Shown: piece after piece, positions 38,910 to 52,633 of the stretch
How positions within the stretch are numbered: position 1 is the stretch's first letter
How the letters are laid out: every line of letters starts with the position of its first letter
Assembly: GCF_006345805.1 (NCBI RefSeq)
Contig: NC_043017.1
Span: 8,804,001-8,868,000, forward strand
Source: Octopus sinensis
Taxonomy: Eukaryota
Reading direction: 5' to 3'
Length of the DNA: 64,000 nucleotides
The notes under the pieces: model-generated
The model's database searches: none
What the model was told of the DNA's origin: nothing
The model's input: the letters and a program-made list of their open reading frames with translations, nothing else
Made by a program: the position numbers and the translations under genes

Positions 38910-40226
38910 TAAAGGGTGGTCAGTGCGGAAATAAAAAACTCATAGGTGAATTTTACAAATATTCTATAATTATGTATAATATATATATATATATATCATT
39001 TTTTTTCTTTATCTATGGACCCCTTTGATTACTATTTTATTCTGGGTGGACCCCTATAGTTATTCAATGTTTAAAAACTTGTTTTATAGAAACTTCTTTC
39101 AAAACTCCTGTGCTGTATTTCTTAGATTAACTCGTGTAGGTTGAACTGTGTAAAATGTAAAAGAAAGAAACTTGGTTGTTTCTTGCAATACATCACCAAT
39201 ACATAAATCTCAAGCAAAATTTTGTCAGGGGTCCTTAGAATGGTATTGTGGATCCCCAGTTTACTATATTGTCGCGTGGACCCCCCAAAAGTCTTATATG
39301 GACTTTCAGGGGCCAGATGGACTCCAGTTCAGAACCTGTCTTAGTCGAAAAAAATCGACCCCAGGACCTTCCTTTTTTTTCTTTTTTTTAAAGTCTCGTT
39401 ATTTTACCGGTCGTGTGTCTATGACGAATTGTATGCACTTGTATGGGGTGCTGTGTGTGTGTGTGTTTAGAAGTATGTTACATGTATGTATATATCTATG
39501 TGGTTTTTGTCTGGTGATGGGGGGGGGTAAAGGAAGTGGTAGAAGGAGCAAGGGATTAGAAGAAAGTGAAAACAAGTGAGAGGGGGTTGAGGGGAAGATA
39601 ATGAAAGGAAGAAAGAAAGGTAAGAAGCACTTCCTCCTCCCTCCACTCTTCCTATTCAGTCTCTAAATGAAACCAGCAAGGTTTTTAATATGTACAAAAG
39701 GAAGGGGAGGGCTGCATAGGAGAGGATTGAGAAGGGATTTGAAAATTGGGATAGGGGACAACAGTGGGTCGACACTGAGGTGAGAAGGTGGAGAGGGGTT
39801 GGTGGAAGTAGCGGTTGTAAGGAAATAAAGCAGTTGAGGGGGGAAGAGTTAGTAAAGGAATTAAGGGTGACGGAAAAGGAGGGGAGAGAGATTTGATGGT
39901 GATTGCTGTAGTAGTAGTAGTAGTAGTAATAGTAGTAGTGGTGGTGGGTGGTATTCTTGTTCATGAATCGTGATTGTAGTGGTTATAGCGAAGTTGGAGG
40001 TAATAGCGACAGGGTGACGGTGGTGGTCAGTGGAACCGGTGGTGTTGGTGGAATTAGTGGCAGTGGTGGTGGTGGTGTTAGTAGTGAAGGTAGCGGTTAT
40101 TGTTGTTGTTGTGGTGGTGGTGGTGGTGGTGTTGTTAGTGATGATGGTGGTAGTAGGTTTAACGGTGGTGTGGATGCCGATACTGTTAATGGTGGTGAGT
40201 GCAGTGGTGTTATCATGATGTTGTGA

Positions 40227-40275
<49 letters not shown>

Positions 40276-43200
40276 GGTGGTGGTGGTGGTGGTTACTATG
40301 ATGGTGGAAGTGTTGATAGTAATTTTGATGCTGTTCATAGAGTGACGTTGTAAGCACAAGGTACCGATTCTGACGGTTGGAGGTGAAAACAATAGCAATA
40401 GAGGTAGAATAGCGGTGGTGGTGATGATGATGATGTTATTGTGGCAGTCGTGGCGACGAAGGCGACGGTGGTGGTGGTGTCAAAGAAAAAAAAAAAAAAA
40501 AAAAAAGGAAAGACTTATGGAATTCGAATAGACATACCGACAGAACCAAATAGAAACAACCAACGATTTATTCTGTCTAGACAACCGCAAGTTCCCTCGC
40601 TATCTCTCTCTCTCTTACACAATGTGCGCGTATGATTATTTTCTTTCATTTTATATTAGGCGAAAGAGAGAGAGAGAGAGAGACAGAGACACACACACAC
40701 ACACACACACAAGCTTGTACGTTATGTGAAAGTATGTTTTCTTTATATCGTGTATCAAAAGTTGACTCTATTCCGTCTAATCTTTCGCTGTTGTTATAAG
40801 ACTTTTGTTTACAGTCCTAGATAATTTATAATTCATATATATATGAATAAATATTATTCGCTGGAAAAAAAATACCACCCGAAGACTTATTACGATGTAC
40901 CCCGTAGAGTACGTACGGGTCTTGTTACCGAGTGTTATTCTGTTCATCCGCTATTCTGTTACTTGCTTCAGTCATTTGACTGCGGCCATGCTGGAGCACC
41001 GCCTTAAAGGGTGGGGGGAGGTTATTTAGTCGCAGAAATCGACAACAGGACTTATTCTTTGTAAGCCTAGTACTTGTTCTATCGGTTTTTCTTTTGCCGA
41101 ACCGCTAAGTTACGGGGGACATAAACAAACCAACATCGGTTTGTCAAGCGGTGGTTGGGGGACAAACACAGACGCAAAAATACACACAAATAAACTATAT
41201 ACATATATGTATATACGACAGGCTTCTTTCAGTTTCCGTCCACTAAATCCACTCGCAAGGCTTTGGTCGCTTGAGGCTATAGTGGGAGATACCTGCCCAA
41301 GGTGCTATGCAGTGGGACTGAACCCAGAACCATGTGGTTGGGAAGCAAACTTCTTACCACACAGCCACTTCAAATATATATAAATATTTACTAAGTTTCA
41401 GTCATTAGACTGTGGCCATGCTGGGGCATACCTGCACAGGCGTCATAGACTGGCGATATAAATCATCTCCATTCTTGTTTGTGCATGTAATGTTGATAAG
41501 CCACAAAAATGGCAAATCATCGATGTCCATCACTCCTGGATTGGATTAGAGGTGGGTTGTCTCACCCGTCCATGAGGCCTGGTGCTTTGATAGAGCATTC
41601 CCTATCATCCCCTTAGTATGTGTGTTAAGTATATGTGGTCGATAATGTTTTTAACATTAGTGCTGCTTCTACTTTACACACACACGCATGCAGAAGTGCT
41701 GAAAAGTTCCTAGCTTTGAGGGTATTGTGAAAGGCCTGGCTGAAGGCCCAACTTTCAGCGTTCTTTTACAGGTCTTTGAAAAACTGAAGGACCGCTGCAA
41801 TAAGTGTGTGAATCTGAGAGGGGAATATGCTGAATAAAATCACAATTATCTGATCCTCCTGTATTTTTCTTTTACCCAAAACCAGGAAATTTTCAGCACC
41901 ACCTCAAGTGTGTGTGTGTGTGTGTGTGTGTAATGAATGTGAAACAGCAGAAAAGTAAATTATAAACTCTTTACATTCTGAGTTCAAATTTCACCACAGT
42001 CAACTTAACCTTTCACCCTTTCAAGGTCAATAAAATAAATACTGTCCAAGTACTGGGGTTGATGTAACCGACCTCCCATTCCTCTCAAAAACTACTGACT
42101 CAGTACCAAAATTTAAAACCATTATCATTATTATTATTATTATTAAGCTGGCAGAATCATTGGCTTAGCAGCATTTCACCCGTCACTATGTTCTGAGTTC
42201 AAATTCTGTGGAGGTTGACTTTGCCTTTCATCCTTTCAGGGTCAATAGGTTAAGCACCAGAGAAATGTAATCCACTAGTCCCTTCCCCACAAATTTCAGG
42301 CCTTGTGCTGATTGCAGAAAGGATTATTATTATTATTATTGTTATGAAGATAGGAAGGCAGACAAAGAAGAAGCAGACATTTAACAAAAGCCCTGCAGAA
42401 TCAAGTTTGTATAAAACTTCATTCCCACCACAACAGATTGTCAACTTTAGAACAACAACAACAACAACAAAGCCTCTATTATCTACAATGTTTCTTCTCC
42501 ACTTCTATTTTATTTTCTAAATGAAAGGCTGCTTTTGGTTTTAGTCCTGAGTCAGAGGTGGTGGGGTGGGGATTGGAGGTTGGGGACAGCAGCAGGGATT
42601 AGAAAAACTCATGTTTCAGGAGTCATGATAATATAATAAATTGAGTTAAACAAACAATCCACCCAACTTTAGGGAATTGACATGTAATCTTAACTGTTAG
42701 GAAGAGGTGACTGAGCAATGGAAAGATGGGTGGTTGGGGTGGAGGTACTTTTATGCAGTCATTTGACCTGGGTAAGAAATAACAATGAAGATCCCCCTCA
42801 AAGTGTTACATTTTACTAGACACAGGAGTGATTGTGCGATTAAGAAGTTGGCTTCTCAGTCAATCACATGGTTCTGGGTTCAGTCCCACAGCGTGGTACC
42901 TTGGGCAAGAGTTTTCTACAATAGCTTTAGGTTAATCTTTTAGCATTTAAACAAACCGTATCTGGCCCAAATGTTTTACCTGTTTTATGTTGAAACTGGC
43001 CAGATCCAACCTCTCACACCTACCCTAAAATCTCATTCTATAAATAAACAATCACATCTTCAAAATGTTGAAGTTACAAGAAACTTCATGATTAATTCTT
43101 TTAAAATGTTGATAAACATTACATTTGACAAATTAATCTGAATGCTAAAGGGTTATGAAAGTCTTGCATGTGGATTTGGTGGATGGAAACTGAAAGAAGC

Positions 43201-44894
43201 CCATCATATATATATGTATTTGTGTATGTACATCAGTTGTAAACAAGGGTCACCATTATAATAACGGTGTTGTTTTGTTTGATATTTGTGAAAATATATT
43301 CCAGCCACAGGGAAGGAAATATCTTGCTTGGAAACAGGTGAAGGTTGGCGACAGGTAAGAGTTCTCTGGCCACAGACATAGAAAGTCTCCATCAATAAAC
43401 TCCGTCCAACTCATGCAGGCATGGAAAACTGGATGTTAAAACAATGATGATGATGGTGATGTTTTTTCTCTCTCTTTAGAATAAGGGGAGGGGCACAAAA
43501 AGTTGGGATGGTCAAGGCTGGAATGTCTGTTTTTAAGCTTACTTTATGAGAGCAAGCAATAAGAGTTCAGAGGAGGACAAAGACATTTAAAATGTTTGAT
43601 TTGCTGTATGGGAGACAGAAAGTTTAAGGTTTAGGAAAGAACCCTTTCTTTTGAAATAACTTGTGATGGTGGTGGTCATATGGATAGTGTTCATGATTAT
43701 AGCAGTATGTGATGGGAAAGATAAACTTCTTGCTGTACACACACACACACACACACACACACATAGTCATCAATAGTTATGTATTTAGGGACCTCAATCT
43801 AATCAATAGTTCAAATTTACATTAAGGTCCTCCCACCCAACCCTGACCACCACTACCACCGTACAGAGCAAACAATTAGTGGCACCCAGGGCCAGGAGTA
43901 TGGCGGTGGAGAGGGGAGGAAACAAACAGTTAATAATATAATAACTGTTCTCCCTGCTGCCCTCAACTCACCCCTATCCCACCCTGTGTATTGATTGTAT
44001 TCAGAGCCTTGTAGTGTGGAGGGGGAGAGAGTTAGTGAGTGCATACGTGGGTGTGACTGTATGTGGGGAGGGTGTACAGGTAAGGGAATGTGTACCTGAA
44101 GGAGATTACCTGCATGTGAAAGTATATGTATGAGGGTGTCCAAGTGAGGGTATGTGTGAGTATGCCTGTGTGAGTGTGCATGTGTGTGTGTGTATGAGGG
44201 AAAGAGAGAGATTGGCTGTATGTAAGAGTATTTTCTTGAGGAAACACAGGTAGATTGTGTGTGCGCGTGTGACGAGAAATTGTTTGGATGCAAGTATATA
44301 TGTGTGAGGATGTACAGGTAAAGAGTGTGTATGTGAGAGAGAACACATAATATACACTCTTTAAAAGTATTTAAGAGAATGCACATTTGTGTACACAAGC
44401 ATGTATATATTTTTGCTAATCATCATCATCATCATCATCATATAGCGTCTTGTTTCCTCATACTGGTATGGCCTGAATGGGTTGTCACAGTCTGAGTCAG
44501 TGTGTAGAAAAAGAGGGGAAAAGAGTATAAAATGCTGCATGAGGAGAATACGTGTGTGTGTGTGTGCTTATATTCCCCCAATGTGGGACAGGGCCACTAG
44601 TGTAGCTAGTGTGTGCCACCTGGGGTGGACCTTCCATTTGGACCCCGCAGAAAGCACATATTGCCAACAGCAGACCCAAAAGTGCCTCCTGGGGCAGACC
44701 GTCCCTACCAACCCCTCCCTAGCTACACTAAGGGGCAGAGCCATGAAACATAACTATCAGGCAATTGAGAAGTTTTCTTGGCAACCAATTCCTTCAAATT
44801 CTTCTTATTTCGGGTGACCATTTTCTTTCAAGCAAGCACCTCCACTCCCACTACCCTTATATTTGTGCTACCAGCACCAGCACCACCACTGAGT

Positions 44895-45280
44895 TGATGT
44901 AGAAAATAGTATACCATTGTAGAGATATTGTGATGTGAGGTAAACCGTCTCTCCGGGATAAACACCAGTCTATCACAGGCAACATTCCCCCAGATAGTAA
45001 TCACTATGGTAGAAACCACTGACAGCCAGGTTGAACAGAGATAATAATATAGAATATAGTGAATAGCAGCAGAGAGATACTATGATGAGAGATCATTCTC
45101 TCCCTGGATAAGACCACAGTCCACCATAACAATAACATTCCCTGGTGATTCAGTAGCACTTAATAACAGCCAGTGGGATCTAGAATATAGAGTACCATCA
45201 CAGAGACATTGTGATGAGAGATCATTATTCCCCTGGATATGACACCAGTCTATCACAAATAACATTCCCAGATAATTTCT
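44895..45280. repeat. Degenerate tandem repeat, three units of about 140 bp
   Basis: TAGAA.ATAG...AGAGA.A.T.TGATG.GAG...CC.GGATA...AC(C)AGTC.A.CA.A...AACATTCCC recurs three times. Confidence 0.7.
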
Positions 45281-45773
45281 TGTAGTAACATTTTTTTTTT
45301 GTTTTGTTTTGTTTTGTTTTTTTACTGATTATGGAAATGGTAAATATATGCCAGTTCCCAGAAATCTAGAGAAAAAAAAAGAAAGCAAAACAACAAAAAA
45401 ATGCCATCATGTCTGTTCTGCAACAAATTTTGAACTCATATCCTCCTGTCAACTGGTGGTGGTGGTGCAAACTAACAAATTATCCAATCAACCATCACAC
45501 TTTCTCTTCCCCTTCGACGAGAGACTGGAGGGAGAAAATGTGAAGTAGACTCTCACAAGCATGAGAAAAAAAAAGTATGTTGAAACTACTACAACTGCAA
45601 CAACAACAACTACTACTACAACAACAACACCACGATAATAATAACAGTGATGATGACAATAATGATAGTGATGGTGATATTGGTGATGACGGTGATGATG
45701 ATAACAGCGATGCCGTCAGTAATGATGATAGATGTGATGACAACATCAACGGATCCACTACTACTACTACTAT

Positions 45774-45824
<51 letters not shown>

Positions 45825-47559
45825 AGTGTCAATGCTTATCCAGAAAGGCTCAGCTCAGTTCAACTCCGGAACCACCACCACTGCCGCCACCATCCTGCCC
45901 TCCAATTTCCTAATAGTGCCAAACAATAGAATTAACAACAACAACAACAACAAAAGAAAACGGGGGTGGGGGAGATGAGGAGGAGGAGGTGAGGAAATAG
46001 TGTACTTACTGGCAATAACTTTCTCCATTATGGTTGTGCGGAGAGTGACATTTCGCACCATTCTGGCAAGGGTTTGGGTCACATGACGGAAATGCTACAA
46101 AAATGAAAGAGGATGAAAAATTAATAAAATAATAACAAAAAAAAATCTCAGTTTATTTTAAAATCATTTTGTTAAATAGTAGTAGTGATGACGATGATGA
46201 TGATGGTTGGTAATTGGTTGTGATGATGCAAATTTGCTACAAAAAGAAAGGAATCAAATAAGGAAGAGCAATGTGTGTGTGTCGAAATTTGCATGTCTTC
46301 CCACCGCCACAAACAACAACTGTGTGTGTGTGTGTGTGTGTGTCTTTGCACAAATATGTTTGTGTGCCCTACCACCACCACCAAATGTATGTGTGCATAT
46401 GTGTGTATGTATGTACCCAAATGTGTGTCGATTTATGTGGATCTAAATATATATATTGCATGCCAACCCCACCCCATCTTGCCCAACAAAAAAATTGTCA
46501 GCATTATTCTTTAGCCTTGACTCAGCCCTGTTTGAACTGACCCATAATTAGAGGTATTCAAGCTACACTCATCTGTTTATTTCTTCCTAAGAGGTGGAGT
46601 GACTTTGCCTTTCATCCTTTCGGGGTGATAAATTAAGCACCAGTTACGCACTGGGGTCAATGTAATCGACTTAATACCTATGTCTGTCCTTGTTTGTCCC
46701 CTCTGTGTTTAGCCGTGGGTAATAAAGAAATAAGTATCTATAGTAAATTTGTTTACTGAATTTATAAACAGCAGCCAAAAACTCTTGTTAAAATTCATTA
46801 GGCTGGTGTAGCTTTGACTGAGGAGACAGAACAATGTCAAAACAGCAGGTGTCCTCAAAATATCCATACCCTAATAAATCACATCTAGCTGAAAGGAGGA
46901 AGTTGTTCCCCAGTAATGAATAGCAACTAGCATTTTAACATTCACATACATAAATATGTCATCATTTTGATTCCCAACCACATGGTTCTGGGTTCAATCC
47001 CATTGCATGGTACCTTGGGCAAGTGTCTTCTACTATAGTCTCAGGCTGACCAAAGCCTTGTGAATGGATTTGGTAGACAGAAACTGAAAGAAGCCCATGT
47101 GTGTGTGTGTCTTTGTATCTGTGTTTGTCTACCACCACCACTTGACAAGTGTTGGTGTGTTTACATTCCCGTAACTTAACGGTTCAGCAAGAGAGACCGA
47201 TAGAATAAGTATCAGGCTCAAAACAAAAAAAGAACTAGGGTCGATTCATTCAACTAAAAATTCCTCACGGTGGTGCCCCAGCATGGCCACAGTCTAATGC
47301 TTGAAACATGTAAAAGAAAAAAGTTTTAATTAGTCCCCAAATCATTCTTATTATGTAGCAGTGCTTGAACATCTGAACAAATGTCTTCCAGAATTTGGTT
47401 GCCCAATTCTATGTTCCAAGTCCAAAGTTGGCTTGTTCAGGTCTTAAGGCTGGCAAAGTAAGGAAGGTATGAGTCAAGTACTTGGGGCCAATCATGTAGA
47501 GTTATTCCCTCCCCTCAAAATTGCTGCCCAAATTAGAAACTAGTGACTTATAGCATTTA

Positions 47560-47735
47560 TTATTCTATGGCTCTTCATGTTCTGAGTTCAAATCCTGCTA
47601 AGATCAACTCTGCCTCTCATCCCTCTAGGGTCGATAAAATAAACTATCAGTCAAGTACTGGGGTTGCTGTAATCAACTCTAAATTGCTGGCCTTGTACCA
47701 AAACTTGAAAACATTACAATAATAATAATAATAAT

Positions 47736-47788
<53 letters not shown>

Positions 47789-49450
47789 TTATTATTATTA
47801 TTATTATTATTGAGTGAGAGAGCAGTGCATGCCATCAAAGTGGCACTGGGGCACAAATATATGAAGCCCAATATACTCATCACTATCTGTCTGATAAGGG
47901 TACACCAGGCACATGAATCACAACCATATGTGCGTGACATGGTGAGTTCATATAAGGATTAAAAGCGCATGACCTTGCTGATGCAGCCATCTGGCTCGCC
48001 AGTCCTCAGTCAAATCATCCAACCCATGCCAGCATGGAAAGCGGACGCTAAACAATGATGATGATGATGATAATTAAGGTGGTGAGCTGGCAGAATCATT
48101 AGAATGAATTCAAATGCTGCCAAGGTTGGCTTTACCTTTCATCCTTTTGGGTTTGATGAAATAAGTACCAGTTATGCACTGGGGTCAATGAAATCAGCTA
48201 AACCCCCCTCCCCTAACACTTCAGACCTTGTCCTATAGTAGAAAGGAATATTATTATTATTATTATTATTAATATTATTATTATTATTGCATCCCCCAAC
48301 ATTACATTCCTGATTATTAAATCAGTATTTCACCCCCACTCCCTGCACTCCTCCCCGATTACATGTAAAGTTCACAGAGTGAAAAGAAAAAGACAAAAAA
48401 GTTTTGTTAACATGTGACACAAGGCATTGCAAGTGAGAGGTGTCAACTGTCTCAACCAATCATTTTTTTACATTATTTATAGTAAATAAACTGCCCAATT
48501 GACATTTATTGCATTTATGTATAAATACACTTAATGACATTATGTGTGTGCATGTGTATGTGCGTGCATGTGTGTGTGTGTGTGTACAGGCATGGCTGTG
48601 TGGTTGACAAACTCATTTTACAACCATGTGATTTTGGGATCAGTCAATGGTATCAACTAACCCTACACTAAATTGCAGGCTTTGTATATGTTAGAAATTA
48701 TTATTTAGTATTTATTCCCCATTATTATTATTATTATTATTGTTGTTGTTATTAAGGTGGTGAACAGGCAGAATCGTTAGCATGCCAGGTGAAATGCTTA
48801 GCGGCAGTTCATCTGTCCTTATGTTCCAAGTTCAAATTCTGCCGAGGTCAAATTTGCCTTTCACCTTCTCGAGGTCAATAAATTAAGTACCAGTGAAACA
48901 CTGGGTCAATGTAATCAATTAATCCCCTTCCCAAAATTTCAGGCTTTGTGCCTTTAGTAGAAAGGATTATTATTATTATGACGATGATGATGATGATGAA
49001 CTGGTAGAATTGTTAGTGAACTGGACAGGAATACTTGGCAGTATTTCACCTGTCACTATGTTTTGAGTTCAAATTTCACTGAGGCCTACTTTGCCTTTCA
49101 TCCTTTTGAGATCAATAAATTAAATACCAGTGAAACACTGGGGTTGACTGTAATTCGCTAGTCCCCTCCACACCCAAATTTCCAGTCTTGTGCCTTTAGT
49201 AGAAAGGATTATTATTATTATTGTTGTTGTTGTAGTAGCGACAAGCGGGTGAAATCGTTAGCAGGCTGAGCAAAATGTTTGGCAGCATTTCGGCTGTCTT
49301 TACTTTCTGAGTTCAAATTTCAACAAGGCCAACTTAGCTTTGCATCCTTTCAGAATTCATAAAATTAGTACCAGTCGAATACTGGGGTAAATGTAATCAA
49401 CTAGACTCCTCCCTCGAAATTTTAGGCCCTGTGCTTACAGTAGAAAGAAA
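47560..49450 (+). mobile_element. Head-to-tail cluster of family B SINEs separated by (ATT)n tails
   Basis: Copies start near 47560 (partial), 48075, 48755, 49000 and 49240, each ending in ...TAGAAAG followed by ATTATT. Confidence 0.8.
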
Positions 49451-49463
49451 TTCTTATTATTAA

Positions 49464-49684
49464 CCCTTTCGTTACCAACCCGGCTGAAACCGGCTCTGGC
49501 TCTGTAGTACAAATGTCTTGTTTTCATAAGTTTTGAATTAAAATCTTCCACCAAACCTTAGTCACAATTTATGTTCCTAACACTAGCTTAACGGTAACTA
49601 AGTTATTTTACTAAATTCTTTGTTATATTTAAAGTAATTGAAAAAAACACAGAGCATCTCAAAATAAATACAGTAACGAAAGGG
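49464..49684. mobile_element. Intact piggyBac-type MITE (221 bp)
   Basis: TTAA|CCCTTTCGTTAC...GTAACGAAAGGG|TTAA: 12-bp perfect TIR and TTAA target-site duplication. Confidence 0.9.
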
Positions 49685-50419
49685 TTAAAGCAGTAAGTGG
49701 ACAGTTAGTACATTGTCAGCGCAGTAGACAAAATGGAGGCACATGGTTAAGTGGTTAGGATGTTGGGCAATGTGTTGTGTTCTTGAGTAAAACACTTCAT
49801 CTCACATAGCTCCAGTCAGTCTTACTCAGCTAGCAAAAGTGAGTAATCCTATGAGAGACTGGCAGAGTAGTCTGGTATCTATCAGTCTCTTTTTCCAAAA
49901 TAAACCAACACCAGTTATCAAGCAGTGATGGGAGAGAAACACAAATGACACACCACCCCTCCAAACACAAACACAAACACACAATGGGCTTCTTTCAGTT
50001 TCCATCTACCAAATCCACTCACAAGGCTCTGGTCAATCTGTGGCTATAGGAGAAGACACTTGCCCAAAGTGCCAAACAGTGGGACTGAATCCAGAACCAT
50101 GGCATTGGGAACCACAGCTGTGCCTACAATTAGAGATTTCAGTCATAATCATCCCGTATTTATTTTCAAACAATGCATTCAAGACAACGTTAATCCAATG
50201 TGCCTCTCCCACTCTCTTTTACCCACTTCGTTTTAAAGATGATACAGCATAATACGAGAAATACATACATTTGTTTGTTTGTCTGTGTTATATTGAAAAC
50301 ATGGATGTGTACTCGATTTATCTTTTCTGTGATTTATTTTTTTCATATTTTGTTAAGAATTCTTTACAGTTTCTTTGAAACAATAAATAATCCCAGATCT
50401 AGACATACGTGAGTATATA

Positions 50420-50477
50420 AGTGTGGTGCTTATCCTCAGCCATTAAATTTTTAATGGCTGAGGATAAGCATCACACT
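50420..50477. repeat. Near-perfect hairpin: 28-bp arms
   Basis: AGTGTGGTGCTTATCCTCAGCCATTAAA-TT-TTTAATGGCTGAGGATAAGCATCACACT, with one G-T pair. Confidence 0.95.
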
Positions 50478-51289
50478 TTGAAACTAAGTGCTAGCTACAG
50501 AATGTGAACCAAACTCCTTTGGTCTCTACACGTAACTCAAATGTGTTGAGTGCCCTTCTTTTGTTTCTTCACTATATATATATATATACACTGTGTGGTG
50601 CGATGTGACGTGTGTGGTGCGATGTGGCGTGTGTGATATGAGGTGATGTATGTGATGCGGTGTGATGCAGCATGATGTGATATGCATGGTGCAGTGTGAT
50701 GTGGTGTGGGTGTGGTACGGTATGATGTGATGTGCATATGGTGCGATGTGATGTGTGTGTGTGTGTGTGTGTGCGTATGCCTGATAGGCACAAGCACGAG
50801 TGTGTGGTGAAGAAGTTCGCTTCCCAAACACACGGCGTCACCCTGGACAAGTGTCCTCTCCTATAGTCTCGTGCCAACAAAAGCCTTGTGAATGGATTTG
50901 GTAGATGGAAACAGAAAGAAGCCTATTGTGTGTGTGTGTGTCATCATGATATGGTAGTTGTGAATGAGTGTCATTGTCAAACAAGTAAGTGTCCTTCATT
51001 TCCAATATTCTGTGAAAGAGCATGTCTGGTGATAGGGATCTATTATCTAGCTTGGAAACAAGTAGGTGTGGGTGACAGGAAGGACATCTAGTCATAGAAA
51101 ATCTGTTTTAAATAAACTCTGTCCAAACCAGACAAGGACAGAAAAGTGGACATCAAAACAATGATGATTATATATATATATATATATATAATATATATAT
51201 ATATATATAGTTAATCCAAACAAGAAAACACAACAACGTGGAACAAATATAGTATTATTGGACGCTCAGGAAAGAAGGAAAGAAGGAGG

Positions 51290-51324
51290 GTTTAACGTTT
51301 CGAGCGGAGCTCTTCGTTGGAAAC
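51290..51324 (-). ncRNA. Minimal type I hammerhead-like motif (family 1), core mutated
   Basis: Minus strand: GTTT-CCAACGA-A-GAGC tcc GCTC-GAAA-CG-TT-AAAC. All three stems pair perfectly; the first core box reads CCAACGA. Confidence 0.6.
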
Positions 51325-51423
51325 ATAGGAGAAGGAAAGATCCAGAGAAGGGAAGACAGAGGAAAAAAATCGTCAACAGTACACACGAGGTCACATTTAA
51401 AAATATATATATATATATATATA

Positions 51424-51466
<43 letters not shown>

Positions 51467-51792
51467 TATATACATAAAACAGCAAGACGACTATTGTTGA
51501 TGACTCTAGAGTTCAAGCCCAGAGAGGATACTTATAAATACATTGTAGTAAAATACAGCATGATTGTATTTGGGAAATGGATACACACATACACACACAC
51601 ACACATGGACAACCAACTAACAGTAACACACACAAACAATTGGGGACCCCCCACACACACACATGATGACAGCAGTTGAATAACAAAATGAAATGTTGGT
51701 TATAAATTAGCCAATTACAGCTAATTCATTAGTTCTAAGGTAGAAATATTACTGCCTCCCAAGGTCAGTGATAGATTGGCACAATTTAGAGT

Positions 51793-52330
51793 TACATGGT
51801 GCATTCCAGAAGTTTGGAGATTTTTTCAGAAGAGACACAAAACTCTAATCTCCTTCAAAGTATGATGATCTTCTGACTTCAAATGCATTTGTTGTAATGC
51901 TCCAGCCATTTTGTGAAGGCCCCCATGGAAGTCCTCCAGAGTGATGGTGTCCAAGACCCTTCTTCATTGTCTCCTTTAGCTTGGAAAAATAACCCAAAAT
52001 CCCAGAAAGCAGTGTCTGGACTGCAAGGACGGTGAGGGACAGCTTTGGTGTCCATCTTTGTCACCAGTTGGTTACCAGGATGGAACTGTGAATTGGGGCA
52101 TTGTGCTGGTGGGGTGGAAAAGCTCTGGCCCTTTGCGATGAAATCTCTTCCTGAACTCCCTCAAAACCTCGACAGAGTTCTCTTTGTTGACTGCCTGGCC
52201 TGGGGGAACCCAATGGATGTAGATGATGCCCTTGCTGTTGAAAATAGGGATCATCATGAGCTTCCCGGTAGACTTGCTTTCCCTGGTCTCTTGTACCAGT
52301 AAGAAACAGACGCTTGACTCATACAAGGTA
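51793..52330 (-). pseudogene. Mariner (Tc1/mariner) transposase fragment, frameshifted
   Basis: Frames give KLMMIPIFNSKGIIYIHWVPPGQAVNKENSVEVLREFRKRFHRK, TKMDTKAVPHRPCSPDTAFWDFGLF (YSPDLAP-like motif) and WLEHYNKCI/EVRRSSYFEGD*. A TA-flanked TIR-like end lies near 51793. Confidence 0.88.
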
Positions 52331-52585
52331 GACCATAACCAATCTGGAGCTTTCCATAAGTTCCTTTAGCTCAGTTTAACACAAAACTTTACTGCATAGC
52401 AAGTTGCCAAATTGTCAACAAACTAGTCAGATGTGACAAGTAATGTTTACTAGGGGCTGTTCAAAATGTTGTCACAGCTGTCTCCTTTAGTTTGGAATAA
52501 CTAAAGTTGGCAGATCAGCTTAATAATAATAATAATAATAATAATATAAGGGAGTATAACTCCAAACTTACAAGGAAATTTGATT

Positions 52586-52633
<48 letters not shown>

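Noticed and set aside
45577-45978. 133-aa ORF with poly-Q, acidic and poly-T runs, resembling a transcription factor
   Set aside because: Composed of consecutive trinucleotide microsatellites.
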